This document shows, one piece after another, positions 11,664 through 22,688 of a stretch of DNA of 64,000 nt (the stretch's first letter is position 1; every line of letters starts with the position of its first letter). Source of the DNA: Kofleriaceae bacterium. GTDB taxonomy: Bacteria; Myxococcota_A; Polyangia; Haliangiales; Haliangiaceae. The position numbers and the translations under genes are program-made. Below the pieces are notes generated by a model. It worked only from the letters and a program-made list of their open reading frames with translations, did not search any database and was not told the origin of the DNA. Location: positions 256,001-320,000 of the forward strand of contig CBDCCZ010000003.1 in assembly GCA_965215005.1 (NCBI GenBank), read 5' to 3'.

Positions 11664-12053
11664 TCAGGTCAGTGTTCCTCGGAGCCAGCATATAGCGCTC
11701 TCGACCAGCTCGCACAGTGGGATGCTCTCCCAATCTTCGGGTGCTGCGGGTGCTTCGCCGAAGCCGAACTCGACAATCGGACTCACCCTCTTCAGTTCAA
11801 CTACTTCGTCCGAGTCCGTCAGAACTCGATTCAGCACCACGTATAAAAAGCTCGCTGTCGCTTCCTCTTCCGCATCCGACGCCACCGCTAACCAGCGCTC
11901 CAAGAACGTCGCCACGGCCTTGCATGTCGGCGGCCGATACCTCGTCGCGGCCGCAATGGTCGACTCGAGGCGCGTCATAAATACGACGACTTCGTGTGTC
12001 TTGCCCGCAAATCCGATAGGGGGGCTCCATTCTCTATTAGGGGACGAACCCAT
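11664..12053 (-). CDS. Hypothetical protein (start uncertain)
   Basis: ORF with protein-like C-terminal composition in an atypical islet; no recognised motif. Confidence 0.35.
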   Translation of the reverse strand: MGSSPNREWSPPIGFAGKTHEVVVFMTRLESTIAAATRYRPPTCKAVATFLERWLAVASDAEEEATASFLYVVLNRVLTDSDEVVELKRVSPIVEFGFGEAPAAPEDWESIPLCELVESAICWLRGTLT

Positions 12054-12346
12054 GAAACAGCTCCCTGATGTGATCCTCGAACTCCCGGAGCAAGTGACGT
12101 GGATTTCACAGTCTTACCGATCGACGGCCCCATGCCTTGACGTGCAGGAGAGATGCGCTTCGTGTGCACGGAGCGATACAACATACTCTGACCGTCTCCG
12201 CGCGGTCTGCGGCTCACGGTTCTCCCCGCGGGAGTCCGTGTACGCTGCATCGACGCATTTAGGTCTGTGCTCATCGATGCATTGAACCGACTGGCCCGTC
12301 CGCTACGCCTCCCTTGCGGCACTGAGATGCCCGGGTGTCGCTGCAG

Positions 12347-12697
12347 CTAGCGCGTTTCGTCTGAACGCGATTGCCAGCAAGACATGCAGAGCGTGACACC
12401 CGCCTCGCCGAGGCGCCTCATGTCCTGCGCAGACAGTTCCAGATTGCACTGCTCATCATACTCATAGAGCAGCCAGACTGTGATGTCGTTGCGCGTCACG
12501 CCCAGCCTCTCCAAACAGGTGAAGCGGCCTTCAAGGAGATTCATGAACACGTCCACGAACGGTATCGGCTCATCATCAGCGCGCTGGTCAAGAAACCAAT
12601 TCCACTCTCGCGTATCGTCGGACGATTCGCGGCCCAGCACGTGAGCCACCTCGGCACGTGCTGCGTTCGCAATGCGAAGGATATAGTTGTACCGCAC
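12347..12697 (-). CDS. Small hypothetical protein, DUF4279-like
   Basis: C-terminal YEYDEQCNLELSAQDMRRLGEAGVTLCMSCW resembles a conserved small-protein pattern (recalled, not searched); GTG start. Confidence 0.6.
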   Translation of the reverse strand: MRYNYILRIANAARAEVAHVLGRESSDDTREWNWFLDQRADDEPIPFVDVFMNLLEGRFTCLERLGVTRNDITVWLLYEYDEQCNLELSAQDMRRLGEAGVTLCMSCWQSRSDETR

Positions 12698-12930
12698 GCG
12701 CGTCGCTCCTAACCTTGGAGCCGGCTTACCGCCGGCAGCTTTACCCTCTAGCGTTGTTCAAGCAGTTGCGTTCCGAAGCCTCGCGTCCTCGGACAGACTC
12801 CATAGAGTCGTCATGAACGCGCAGCTGTCGTCCTTTCTCTCACGGCGCCCACTCAAAGCCGAAGGTCGGTCCCGCAGAAATGGAGCTGATTTTTTCGACC
12901 TGCTATCAGGAGACGTCGTCGCGGCGTTGC

Positions 12931-15900
12931 TCACGTCGGCGGCCAGAGCGGCCAGGAGGTTTCTGTCCAATTGGCAGCTTCGGCTTGTAGCTTGGCGCGC
13001 AAGATGTCGATGCTCGGCCGCGCTGCTGGATCGGTGCGCAATGCGGTGGCCAGAATTCTGGCTAGGTTGGTGAGCGGCGGTGGGGCGCCCGCTATGGTTG
13101 GGAGGACGTCGCCGCGGCGATGGGCTGCTATCACGGCGGCTGGTGTGTCGCCGGCGCAGGCGACGCGATTGGTGAGCACTTCCCAGGCAACGCAGGCAAA
13201 GGCGTAGACATCTGCGGCGCTCGGTGCAGTCGCCACCGCGCCGGACCAGATTTCGGGGGCGCCGTACTGCAGCGTTGCGCAGCCTGGGCGCAGGTTGCGC
13301 CCGGCCAAGCCGAAGTCGACCAATACGGGCTGATCGAGGGCATCGCCGCGCAGGACGACGTTGCTCGGTTTTACATCTAGGTGCGCGATGTCGGCGGCGT
13401 GCATCGCACGCAGACCCGCGGCAACGCCATCAAGCAGCGCGAAGGCCGAGGCGGTCGTGAAGAGCTGCTCTTCCAACGCCGCTTGCAGGGTTCGGCCGGC
13501 GATGAGCTCCATGACGAGAATCGGCTTGGGGCGCGCGCCGGCGTCGAAGGTGATGAATCGCGCCAGATGCGGATGCTCGGGGAGCGCGAGCAAGGCGCCG
13601 GCTTCCTGGCGAAACATGCGCGAAAACTCGGCTTCCGAAAGGGTGTGCGCGACGGCGCCGACGTACTCGGGCACTTTGAGCGCAAACGTTTCCGCACGCG
13701 GATCATGGCGCTCCTCGGCGCGCCGAGCTGCAAAGACCGTCCCCACAGCGCCGCCACCGAGGGGCTCGAGCAGGTAGAAGCCGCCGATGATTCGGCTCGG
13801 AGGCACCCACGAAGCCAGCCGCGCGGTGCCTCCGGTGCCGCTGCGCATCGTGGGCTCTTGCACGACGCTGGCGTTGGTCACGGTGGCGGGCAGCTCGAGT
13901 AGGCGCTGAAGATCGCGCCCGATGGCGTCTGCAAAAGGCGGCGGCAGCTCGCGGCGCAGCGCACTCAGTGCCTGCTGCGCAACGTCGGGAAGCTCACACA
14001 CCTGCCCGCGCAGACGACGCTCGAGTGTCCATCCAAGGCGTTGCAGTGCTGCCGCCGCGCGCGGGGCCGCATCGCCCGTAGACTGGCCCAAACGGCGTCG
14101 CGCGCCCATCGCGAGCCGCGCCAAGCGACTCACGGCCTCGGCGAGCTCGGCGAGAAATCGCCCACTGGCGACTGCGCGCAACTGCGCGAGGCTGTGCGCT
14201 TGGGCGAGCACCGCCAGCGCCATCGAGGTGCGCACCAGCGCCAGTCGCAACGCCTCGACTCGCGCCGCGGTTGCTGCCGGCAGTGCGTCGGCGATAGCGC
14301 GCAACCCCAGCGCGCTACCCATCGGGTCCGCCGCCCGCACCAGCTTCGCTAGTGCCGCAATGCTGCTTTCGAGCGCGGGTTGCATGCTCGCTTCGGCCAA
14401 GATGTCGAGCTGCTCGCAACGTGCGGCGCGATCACTTACCACAAGCAATACATCTGACACTTCGCACAGCTCCTCGCGAATCATCGCGTCGGCAGTGCGC
14501 GCCAGTGCAGCCCACACGGTGCGCTCGAAGCGTGAATGACTCTCTCGCGGCGCTCGCGCTAGCAGAACATTCCAGCTCGCGATGCGTCGCGCCAGCCGTG
14601 GCGCTTCGGCAGGAGCAGCATAGCCGTCGGCGTCGATCACGTGCAGCAGCGTGCGCAAGGCGCGCCTGTGCATCACCGCGCGCTGCGCCTCGGCCGGCGG
14701 CGGATCGCGCTCGCGCTCGAGCAAGCAGTGGGTAACGTGCTCGAAGACCCCGGCGAGGCTCGCATTGGCTTCGTCCTCCCCCTTCGCGCGCGTTGCGGCC
14801 AATAGATCGAAGAGTATCGCGGTTTCAAACACGTTATGATCGAGCTCTCGCAACGCGAGGAACGCCGCGCCCTCATCCCCAATGGTCACCGCTTCCTGCA
14901 GCGCCGCCGCCGCCGCGCCGGCCAGCTGCACGGCACGCTCGGTCGCGGGCCTCGCAGCAGCGACACCGCCCCGCGCAAATTCCTCCAGCGCCTCGCGCAG
15001 CGCCCCCGCCAAACCGGGCTTCGACGCGGCGGTGAGCTCGTACTCGAGCGACTCTCGCAGCGCCGCCAATCCAGCATCGGTGGCACGTGGGCGGCTCGCC
15101 AGATGCGTTTGCGCCAGCTGTCGCGCAGCTGCAAACGCTGGCGCTGCGCACTCCCCTGCAATCTCGACCAACGCTTCGATCGCGCTCAAGCCGCCGCAAG
15201 AAATCAGCAGTTGCGCCAGCGTCTGGGCCGCCTCAGGCTCGGCATCGGCGACGGCGACAAGCCCGAACATCGCGGCACCAGCGAGGCCGCGATCGCTTCG
15301 CGGGGTCGCAAACAGCACTCGGGCCTGGGCAATGGCGTGCTCGGGCTCAAACGCCGCACTGGCTATCAGCGAGGCAGCCGCGCGGCGCCATTGCGTGGCA
15401 TCCAGCGCGGGGTCGAGATCGCGCTCGACCTCGGCGGCTTGGGTGCCATCGACCGCCATGAGCGAGCCACGCGCGGCGGCAACGTGGCGCCAAACCAGTG
15501 GCTCGCGGTCGGCTAGCAGTCGTCGCCATGCTCCTGGAACGCCGCCGGCTTCGAAAACGAGCAGCGCGCCATCGTCTCCGAGACGAGCGCGGCGAGCCGC
15601 CTGCCGTGCGGCGCGCTCGATGAGCAAGGCCGCCAACCGTCGGGCCGGCAGCGAACCCGTGGCGGGACCGGTGACCCACTCGCGGGCGAGCTCGCGGCGG
15701 CTCAGGAGCGCCAACGCCAAGGCATCCACGGCGGCGCCAAGCGCTGCCGGCAGTCGCAGCGCCAACGCAATGCGCGCCCGCATTGGCTCGCTGGAAAGCG
15801 CGCGACCTGAGCTCGCAGCCATCGCGGTGGCAACCGCGACGAAGGTGGTCGCATCGCCATGTTGCATCGCTTCGAGCACCCGGCGACCGAGCTCGCGTTT

Positions 15901-16182
15901 CTCGCCACTGCGCGGCAACGCGGCAGCAAGCTCAAAGAGCGCCGCCGTAGCGGCTGGCGCGCTTAGCCACTCGAGCTCGCTCAACAGACCGCGTTGCATC
16001 GCCGCGCGCACCCCGAGGAGCAGCGCCTCGGGGCGCAATCCCTCGAGCGGCACCGGGTGTTGCTCCGCGGCCAACGCCGCCAGAGTCGCCATGGCTTGTC
16101 GCCATACCGCGCGCTGACGGGTATCGTCTTCGATCTGGCCAAGCTCGGCGAGCCCGGCCAAATACTGCTGCGCATCGCTCAT
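12931..16182 (-). CDS. Ser/Thr kinase with long helical N-terminal region and C-terminal kinase domain
   Basis: LGGGAVGTV, FALK, HLDVKPSN, DFG, YGAPE and DVYA in the last ~290 aa. Confidence 0.9.
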   Translation of the reverse strand: MSDAQQYLAGLAELGQIEDDTRQRAVWRQAMATLAALAAEQHPVPLEGLRPEALLLGVRAAMQRGLLSELEWLSAPAATAALFELAAALPRSGEKRELGRRVLEAMQHGDATTFVAVATAMAASSGRALSSEPMRARIALALRLPAALGAAVDALALALLSRRELAREWVTGPATGSLPARRLAALLIERAARQAARRARLGDDGALLVFEAGGVPGAWRRLLADREPLVWRHVAAARGSLMAVDGTQAAEVERDLDPALDATQWRRAAASLIASAAFEPEHAIAQARVLFATPRSDRGLAGAAMFGLVAVADAEPEAAQTLAQLLISCGGLSAIEALVEIAGECAAPAFAAARQLAQTHLASRPRATDAGLAALRESLEYELTAASKPGLAGALREALEEFARGGVAAARPATERAVQLAGAAAAALQEAVTIGDEGAAFLALRELDHNVFETAILFDLLAATRAKGEDEANASLAGVFEHVTHCLLERERDPPPAEAQRAVMHRRALRTLLHVIDADGYAAPAEAPRLARRIASWNVLLARAPRESHSRFERTVWAALARTADAMIREELCEVSDVLLVVSDRAARCEQLDILAEASMQPALESSIAALAKLVRAADPMGSALGLRAIADALPAATAARVEALRLALVRTSMALAVLAQAHSLAQLRAVASGRFLAELAEAVSRLARLAMGARRRLGQSTGDAAPRAAAALQRLGWTLERRLRGQVCELPDVAQQALSALRRELPPPFADAIGRDLQRLLELPATVTNASVVQEPTMRSGTGGTARLASWVPPSRIIGGFYLLEPLGGGAVGTVFAARRAEERHDPRAETFALKVPEYVGAVAHTLSEAEFSRMFRQEAGALLALPEHPHLARFITFDAGARPKPILVMELIAGRTLQAALEEQLFTTASAFALLDGVAAGLRAMHAADIAHLDVKPSNVVLRGDALDQPVLVDFGLAGRNLRPGCATLQYGAPEIWSGAVATAPSAADVYAFACVAWEVLTNRVACAGDTPAAVIAAHRRGDVLPTIAGAPPPLTNLARILATALRTDPAARPSIDILRAKLQAEAANWTETSWPLWPPT

Positions 16183-16295
16183 CGGCAACGCCAGTGTATC
16201 GCGGCGCCGACGGCAGAACGTGCGAAGCTCGACTCGATGCCTTCTTCGCAGCTCGCCGCGTCTTCACCGCTCACATGGCAGTACACTCTTTGAGC

Positions 16296-17840
16296 ATGAC
16301 GGCTTTGCCGGTCCTGGGAATCGACCTTGGCACCACCAACTCGGTGGTCGCAGCCGTCATCGACGGGCGCGTGCAGGTACTTCCCGATGCCAGCGGCAAC
16401 TACTTGCACCCCTCCGCCGTTGCCTTCGTGCCCAGCGGCGAAGTGCTCATCGGCGAGCCGGCGCGGGCGCGACGCATCATCGATCCCGCCAACACCGTCA
16501 TCTCTTCTAAGCGCATCATCGGCCGCGCGTTTCATTCGCCAGCAAGCCGAGCCGCTATCGCCCAGCTGCCTTACGAGGTCGCACCGGGGCCCAACGAAGA
16601 GCCGCTCATCCTTACTCGCGCCGGCGCCGTGGCGGTCACCGATATCGCCACCATGATGCTGACGCATTGTCGCAATCTGGCCCAGGCCTACCTCGAGCGT
16701 TCGATCGAAGCGTGCGTGGTGACGGTTCCCGCCAACTTTTCCGACGCTCAGCGGCAAGCAACCCGCGCAGCGGCCAGTCGCGCCGGCATGGAAGTGCTGC
16801 GGGTTCTCAACGAGCCCACGGCGGCTGCGCTCGCCTATGGCGCCACGCGAAGCGGCGGCCATGAGCGCATCGCGGTATTCGACCTCGGCGGTGGCACCTT
16901 CGATCTCACCGTGCTCGCGGTGCGCGATGACCTTTACGAGGTTCTGGCCACCGGCGGCGAGTCCTACCTCGGCGGCGATGATTTCGATCAGGCGCTGGCG
17001 GAGCTGCTAGCGATGCAGGCACTGCGCGAGCTGCGCGTGGATCTGCGGGCGGACCCGCTGGCGTGGCCGCGGTTGGTCGCTGATGCCGAGCGCATCAAGC
17101 TCGAGTTAACCCGCGCAGAGCTCGCTTCCGGGGTGCTCGAAGAGATCGGCTATGGGCCCGGTGGCAAGCCGCTAGCGCTTCACTACCGAATCACACGGGC
17201 GGAGCTCGAAGCCGCGATCGCGCCGCACATTTCGCGCGCGATCGACTGCGCCGCTGCAGTGCTGGCCGAGGCAGCGATCGCTCCGAGCGCGATTGACACC
17301 ATCATCTTGGTGGGCGGCTCAACGCTGATTCCGGCGGTGTATCAGCACGTGGGCCAGTTATTTGGCCGGCGACCGCAGCTCGTGGTCAACCCGATGCAAG
17401 TTGTCGCCGCCGGCGCCGCGCTGCACGCGCAGGCGCTCTACGACCCCGATCCCACGCGTGCTCGCGGTTTGCTCATGGACGTCACGTCCCATGCGCTGGG
17501 CATCGCCACCACCGGGGGCTTTGCCGAGGCGCTCATCGCCAAGAACACGCCCATTCCCGCGGAAGGCGTGCGCGCGTTCACTACCGCGCACGATGGCCAG
17601 GATCAGGTGCGAATCCGCATCTGCCAGGGCGAAAGCCGCATCTTCGAGGAGAACACGCTGCTTGGAGAGCTCCGGCTGTCGAAGCTGCGCCCAGCGCGGC
17701 GCGGCGAGGTCACCATCGACGTGAGCTTCTTGGTCGATGCCAACGGCATCTTGCAAGTCGCCGCGCGCGACGCAATCACCGGACAAACCGCGGCGGCGAC
17801 CCTCGAGGTCCTGGGCGTCACGACGGCCGAGGAGCTATGA
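16296..17840 (+). CDS. Hsp70/DnaK-family paralog lacking the C-terminal lid
   Basis: GIDLGTTNS, TVPANF, NEPTAAALAYG, DLGGGTFD, VGGST; ends shortly after VDANGILQV (514 aa). Confidence 0.93.
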   Translation: MTALPVLGIDLGTTNSVVAAVIDGRVQVLPDASGNYLHPSAVAFVPSGEVLIGEPARARRIIDPANTVISSKRIIGRAFHSPASRAAIAQLPYEVAPGPNEEPLILTRAGAVAVTDIATMMLTHCRNLAQAYLERSIEACVVTVPANFSDAQRQATRAAASRAGMEVLRVLNEPTAAALAYGATRSGGHERIAVFDLGGGTFDLTVLAVRDDLYEVLATGGESYLGGDDFDQALAELLAMQALRELRVDLRADPLAWPRLVADAERIKLELTRAELASGVLEEIGYGPGGKPLALHYRITRAELEAAIAPHISRAIDCAAAVLAEAAIAPSAIDTIILVGGSTLIPAVYQHVGQLFGRRPQLVVNPMQVVAAGAALHAQALYDPDPTRARGLLMDVTSHALGIATTGGFAEALIAKNTPIPAEGVRAFTTAHDGQDQVRIRICQGESRIFEENTLLGELRLSKLRPARRGEVTIDVSFLVDANGILQVAARDAITGQTAAATLEVLGVTTAEEL

Positions 17841-19096
17841 CCAGCGTCGCCCGTGAAAGCCTCGAGCACGCCATCGCGATGGCCGCCAATCTCGATGCCC
17901 ACAGTTACTATGAGCTCCTCGGGGTACCGAGCAACGCCAGCGCTGATGCCATTCGCGATGCGTACTACGAGCTGGCGCGCTGGATTCACCCCGACCGTCA
18001 CGCTCGCGCCACCACGGATGAGCGTTGGGCCTTCACGCGCCTCTACGCGCGCATTGGTGAGGCGTATCGCGTGTTGTCGCTGCCGGAGCAACGGCAAGCG
18101 TATGACCGCGGTTTAGCCAGCGGCAAGCTGCGCTTCGATCGCGAATCGGAGCTCGCCACCAGGCCTGCCACCGACCCGCGCACGGATCAGGGACGGGATC
18201 TGTACGGACGCGCGCTTGCGCTGCGCGAACAGGGCGATCGCCGCGCCGCGCGCGCGCTCCTCGATCTCGCGCGCCAGCTCGAGCCGACCTCGCGGGCGAT
18301 TCTCGAGTTGCTCGCGCAAGTGCAACCGGGAACCACCAAGCCGCCCAGCTTCGAGGCTGCCAGTGCGCCGCGCCGCCCCTCGAGCACCGCTTCGCCGCCG
18401 ATGACGGGCTCCTCGAGCCCTCCGCCGATGGCGCGCCGACCATCGGGCACCACCGCCCCGCCGATGGCGCCGCGCCCGGCTAGCGCGGCTCCCTCATCGC
18501 CGGCATCGAGCGCTGCGGAGCGACCGCGCCGCAAGACGCAAACGCTGCCGCCTCCTGCCGTCACTGTGCGCTGCACCAGCCTGCAGCAGGCATCGGCGCT
18601 GCTGGCGCGGCTTCGCTCCGGCGCGGTCTTCGTCAAGAGCGCCACCCCCGCGGCGCTGTCGAGTAGCGTCACGCTGCGCATCATCCTGTTCGACGAGCGC
18701 GAGCTGACTATCGAAACCACGGTCAAGGCCACCAGCTCCGGCGAGCGCGTCGGCATGGAGCTCGAGCTTCGCGACGAGCTCCAACCGGGTGTGGTCGAGC
18801 TCGAAACCCTACTGCAACCGAGCGATCGTGCAAGCGACCTCGAGCGGCTCCTCGATGCCGCCGATCGCGCCCTTGCCGAGAGTCGCTACAGCGATGCTCG
18901 GCGGTTTCTCACCAAGGCCATCGAGCTCGAGCCCCAGCACCGTCTCTGCCGCGCCCGCTACTATCTCGCCTTGGCCCACGAAGCGCTGGCCGCAGGGGAT
19001 CCTCGCGAAGCGCGCGTCCACCTGCAGACGACCCTGATCTTCGAGCCAGAAAACCAGCCCGCGCGCATACGGCTACAGTCGCTGCAGGAAGCATAG
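17837..19096 (+). CDS. J-domain protein with TPR-like helices, Pro/Ser linker and PilZ-like region
   Basis: YYELLGV...WIHPDR J-domain; ATGA overlap with the Hsp70 stop; GAVFV...GMELEL PilZ-like segment. Confidence 0.85.
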   Translation: MTSVARESLEHAIAMAANLDAHSYYELLGVPSNASADAIRDAYYELARWIHPDRHARATTDERWAFTRLYARIGEAYRVLSLPEQRQAYDRGLASGKLRFDRESELATRPATDPRTDQGRDLYGRALALREQGDRRAARALLDLARQLEPTSRAILELLAQVQPGTTKPPSFEAASAPRRPSSTASPPMTGSSSPPPMARRPSGTTAPPMAPRPASAAPSSPASSAAERPRRKTQTLPPPAVTVRCTSLQQASALLARLRSGAVFVKSATPAALSSSVTLRIILFDERELTIETTVKATSSGERVGMELELRDELQPGVVELETLLQPSDRASDLERLLDAADRALAESRYSDARRFLTKAIELEPQHRLCRARYYLALAHEALAAGDPREARVHLQTTLIFEPENQPARIRLQSLQEA

Positions 19097-19118
19097 CGCG
19101 CGCCCGGCCACTGCCATG

Positions 19119-22100
19119 CTACATGTTGCGGCGGTACTGCCCGCCCACCTCGTAAAGAGCGGCGGATATCTGGCCGAGCGTACAACTCTTCACCGTCTCC
19201 ATTAGAGTCGTAAAGATGTTGCCGTGCGTGAGCGCGGTCTCGCGCAGCGCCGCCAACGCCGCCGGAGCGCGTTCGGCATTGCGCCGCTGAAACGCCTCAA
19301 TGGAGGCGATGGCGTACTCTTTCTCCTCTTTGGTGGCACGAATGACCTCGCCCGGCAGAATGGTCGGAGAGCCTTTGGCATCGAGAAACGTGTTGACCCC
19401 CACGACCGGCAGTTTCCCCGAGTGCTTGAGCGACTCGTAGTGCAACGACTCTTCTTGGATCTTGGTGCGCTGATACATGCGCTCCATCGCGCCGAGCACG
19501 CCCCCGCGCTCCGAGATGCGGCGAAACTCGGAAAGCACCGCTTCTTCGACCAGGTCGGTCATCTCCTCGATGATGAACGAGCCCTGGAGTGGGTTCTCGT
19601 TCTTACTCTGGCCGAGCTCCTTGTTGATGATCAATTGGATCGCCAACGCCCGCCGCACGCTTTCCTCGGTGGGGGTCGTGATCGCTTCATCGTAGGCGTT
19701 GGTGTGTAGAGAGTTGCAGTTGTCGTAAAGTGCGTAAAGAGCTTGCAGAGTGGTTCGGATATCGTTGAAGGCAATCTCCTGCGCGTGGAGCGAACGACCC
19801 GAAGTCTGAATATGATACTTGAGTTTCTGCGACCGCGCGTTTCCTCCATACTTGCGCGCCATCGCCTTGGCCCATATGCGCCGCGCTACCCGGCCAATCA
19901 CTGAATACTCGGGATCCAATCCATTGGAGAAGAAGAAAGACAGATTGGGCGCGAATGCATCAATATGCATTCCGCGCGCGAGATAATACTCGACGTAGGT
20001 AAATCCATTGGCCAGCGTAAAGGCGAGCTGACTGATTGGATTGGCGCCCGCTTCTGCAATGTGATAGCCGGAGATGGAGACGGAGTAGAAATTTCTCACC
20101 TCGTTCTCCGTGAAGTACTGCTGAATGTCGCCCATCATGCGTAGTGCGAACTCGGTCGAGAAGATGCATGTATTCTGGGCTTGATCCTCTTTGAGGATGT
20201 CTGCTTGCACCGTGCCGCGCACCGACGACATGACCTCTGCCTTGATCTTCTGATAGACCTCCGCCGGAAGAACCTGATCGCCGCTCACGCCGAGGAGCAT
20301 CAAGCCAAGGCCGTCGTTGCCCGCGGGAATCTGCCCCTGGTAGCGCGGGCGCGGCAACTCGAGCTGACGGTAAATCGTCTCGATTCGCGCCTCAACCTCG
20401 TTTTCTAGCCCCTGGGCGCGGATGTACTTCTCGCAGCCCTGATCGATGGCCGCATCCATGAAGAACGCCAGCACCATCGGCGCCGGACCATTGATGGTCA
20501 TAGACACGCTCGTCGACGGATGAGCGAGGTCGAAGCCCGAGTAGAGCTTCTTGGCATCATCGACCGTTGCGACGCTAACGCCAGAGTTGCCGACCTTGCC
20601 GTAGATGTCCGGCCGATAATCGGGATCCTCACCATACAGCGTGACGGAGTCGAAGGCGGTCGAGAGACGTTTGGCAGCCAACCCGCTCGACACGTAGTGA
20701 AACCGCTTGTTCGTGCGTTCAGGGCCACCCTCTCCCGCGAACATCCGCGCCGGGTCCTCGCCTTGGCGCTTGAGCGGAAACACGCCCGCAGCGTACGGAA
20801 ACGCCCCTGGAACGTTTTCCGTGAGCAGCCAGTGGAGAATGTCACCCCAGTCTTGATACTTGGGCAACGCGATCTTGGGAATGCGCAGGTGGGAGAGCGA
20901 CTCGCTAAACAGCTCTTGCTCAATGACCTTGTCGCGCACCTGAAATCGATACTTGTCCGCTCGATAGCGCTCGACGACCGCCGGCCAGGTTTCCAGAAGC
21001 TGCTTACAGCCGGCGTCAAGACGGCGCTCGAGCTCCTGATACAGCGTCTCGAGCTCGCCGAGATACGCCGGAGCACTCTCAGTGGTTTGCACCGCGTGAA
21101 CCAGCGCGGCATCGCTATCGACGAGCTCGACCTTGGGCTTGCCCACGCGTGCCCGGAGCAGCTCGATGGTGCCCCGCAGTCGGTACAGCTCGCGGGCGGT
21201 GCGACACTGCGCATCGACCCAGTCGCGATAGCGGTCGCTGGTTTCCACGATCTCCGCCAGGTAGCGGACGCGCTCGGGAGGAATGATGTAGCGCTTCTCG
21301 CTCCTGGCTCCGCTCGGCTCGAACGTCGAGTGCAGCGGAGCACCGGTGGTTTCAGCCACTTTGTCGATGAGCCGCCGATAGAGGACATTGGTTCCCGGAT
21401 CACTAAACTGCGAAGCAATGGTGCCGTACACCGGCAGCTCGTCGTCTTCAGCGTGCCAGAGTCCGCGATTGCGCTTGTATTGCTTCTTGACGTCGCGCAG
21501 CGCATCGAGCGAGCCGCGCTTATCGAACTTGTTGATGGCAATCAAGTCGGCAAAATCGAGCATGTCGATCTTTTCGAGCTGGGTGGCGGCGCCATACTCA
21601 GACGTCATCACATACAATGAGACATCCGAGTGCTCGACGATTTCGGTATCCGACTGGCCGATTCCGGACGTCTCTACAATGATCAGATCGAATCCAGCCG
21701 CTTTGCAGATGTCGATTGACTCTTGTACGTAACGACTGAGCGCTAAGTTGGACTGCCTCGTCGCCAGCGAGCGCATGTAAACCCGCGGCGAGGCGATCGC
21801 GTTCATGCGAATGCGGTCCCCCAACAAGGCGCCGCCGGTGCGTCGCTTCGACGGATCGACGGAAATTACCGCAATCGTCTTATCTGTGAAATCGAGCAAG
21901 AAACGCCGGACCAGCTCATCGACCAGCGAAGACTTACCAGCGCCGCCGGTGCCCGTGATACCGAGAATCGGCACCGCGCGCTCCGCAATCCGCTGCCGCA
22001 GCGGCGCCCGCACCGTCTCGAATGCCTCGGGATGATTCTCGGCCAGCGTGATGAGCCGCGCGATCGCCTGCGGATTGTCCACCCGCAGCGCCTCCACGAG

Positions 22101-22565
22101 CGGCTCCGCCGGTGGCTCGGTAGCGGGGAAGTCGCACTGCTTCAGGAGGTCATCGATCATCCCCTGAAGTCCCAACGCGCGACCGTCATCCGGCGAGTAG
22201 ATGCGCGCGACGCCGGCGGCGTGAAGCTCGTCGATCTCGCTCGGCAAGATGGTGCCACCGCCCCCGCCGAAGACGCGAATGTTGGCGCCGCGCTCGGCGA
22301 GCAGCTCGACCATGTACTTGAAGTATTCGACGTGACCTCCTTGATAGGAAGTGATCGCGATGCCTTGCGCGTCCTCTTGGATGGCACAATCGACAATCTC
22401 GGCGACCGAGCGATTGTGGCCCAAGTGAATCACCTCGGCCCCGGATGCTTGGAGGATCCGCCGCATGATGTTGATCGCCGCGTCGTGACCATCGAAAAGC
22501 GACGCGGCGGTGACGATGCGAACGTGGTGCTCAGGACGATACGGGTCGGTTTTCGTTGCTTGCAT
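19119..22565 (-). CDS. icmF: Fused isobutyryl-CoA mutase / MeaB-like GTPase
   Basis: B12-binding FDGHDAAIN, GTPase GTGGAGKSS and NKFD, mutase domain RMFAGEG and [15 protein letters not shown] before ATG 22565. Confidence 0.95.
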   Translation of the reverse strand: MQATKTDPYRPEHHVRIVTAASLFDGHDAAINIMRRILQASGAEVIHLGHNRSVAEIVDCAIQEDAQGIAITSYQGGHVEYFKYMVELLAERGANIRVFGGGGGTILPSEIDELHAAGVARIYSPDDGRALGLQGMIDDLLKQCDFPATEPPAEPLVEALRVDNPQAIARLITLAENHPEAFETVRAPLRQRIAERAVPILGITGTGGAGKSSLVDELVRRFLLDFTDKTIAVISVDPSKRRTGGALLGDRIRMNAIASPRVYMRSLATRQSNLALSRYVQESIDICKAAGFDLIIVETSGIGQSDTEIVEHSDVSLYVMTSEYGAATQLEKIDMLDFADLIAINKFDKRGSLDALRDVKKQYKRNRGLWHAEDDELPVYGTIASQFSDPGTNVLYRRLIDKVAETTGAPLHSTFEPSGARSEKRYIIPPERVRYLAEIVETSDRYRDWVDAQCRTARELYRLRGTIELLRARVGKPKVELVDSDAALVHAVQTTESAPAYLGELETLYQELERRLDAGCKQLLETWPAVVERYRADKYRFQVRDKVIEQELFSESLSHLRIPKIALPKYQDWGDILHWLLTENVPGAFPYAAGVFPLKRQGEDPARMFAGEGGPERTNKRFHYVSSGLAAKRLSTAFDSVTLYGEDPDYRPDIYGKVGNSGVSVATVDDAKKLYSGFDLAHPSTSVSMTINGPAPMVLAFFMDAAIDQGCEKYIRAQGLENEVEARIETIYRQLELPRPRYQGQIPAGNDGLGLMLLGVSGDQVLPAEVYQKIKAEVMSSVRGTVQADILKEDQAQNTCIFSTEFALRMMGDIQQYFTENEVRNFYSVSISGYHIAEAGANPISQLAFTLANGFTYVEYYLARGMHIDAFAPNLSFFFSNGLDPEYSVIGRVARRIWAKAMARKYGGNARSQKLKYHIQTSGRSLHAQEIAFNDIRTTLQALYALYDNCNSLHTNAYDEAITTPTEESVRRALAIQLIINKELGQSKNENPLQGSFIIEEMTDLVEEAVLSEFRRISERGGVLGAMERMYQRTKIQEESLHYESLKHSGKLPVVGVNTFLDAKGSPTILPGEVIRATKEEKEYAIASIEAFQRRNAERAPAALAALRETALTHGNIFTTLMETVKSCTLGQISAALYEVGGQYRRNM

Positions 22566-22688
22566 CGCGGGACCTCCGCCGCATGCATAGCGCATGCTCA
22601 CCAAGCGCCACAAGGGCAGCTCGCCCGCGCGGGCTCACACCAATCGGGGGGTGCGGGCCCCGCGGCCTGCATCGCACGAGCGAAGGCG

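Noticed and set aside
12705..12762. Integron attC-like site upstream of ORF 12347-12697 (AAC...GTTAGGA on minus strand)
   Set aside because: Outer boxes are not complementary, no second attC site and no integrase in the window.
22032..22688. Long N-terminal extensions of track ORFs (22032, also 26274, 38100, 5392 starts)
   Set aside because: They overlap well-supported neighbouring genes; open frames are expected by chance in high-GC DNA.
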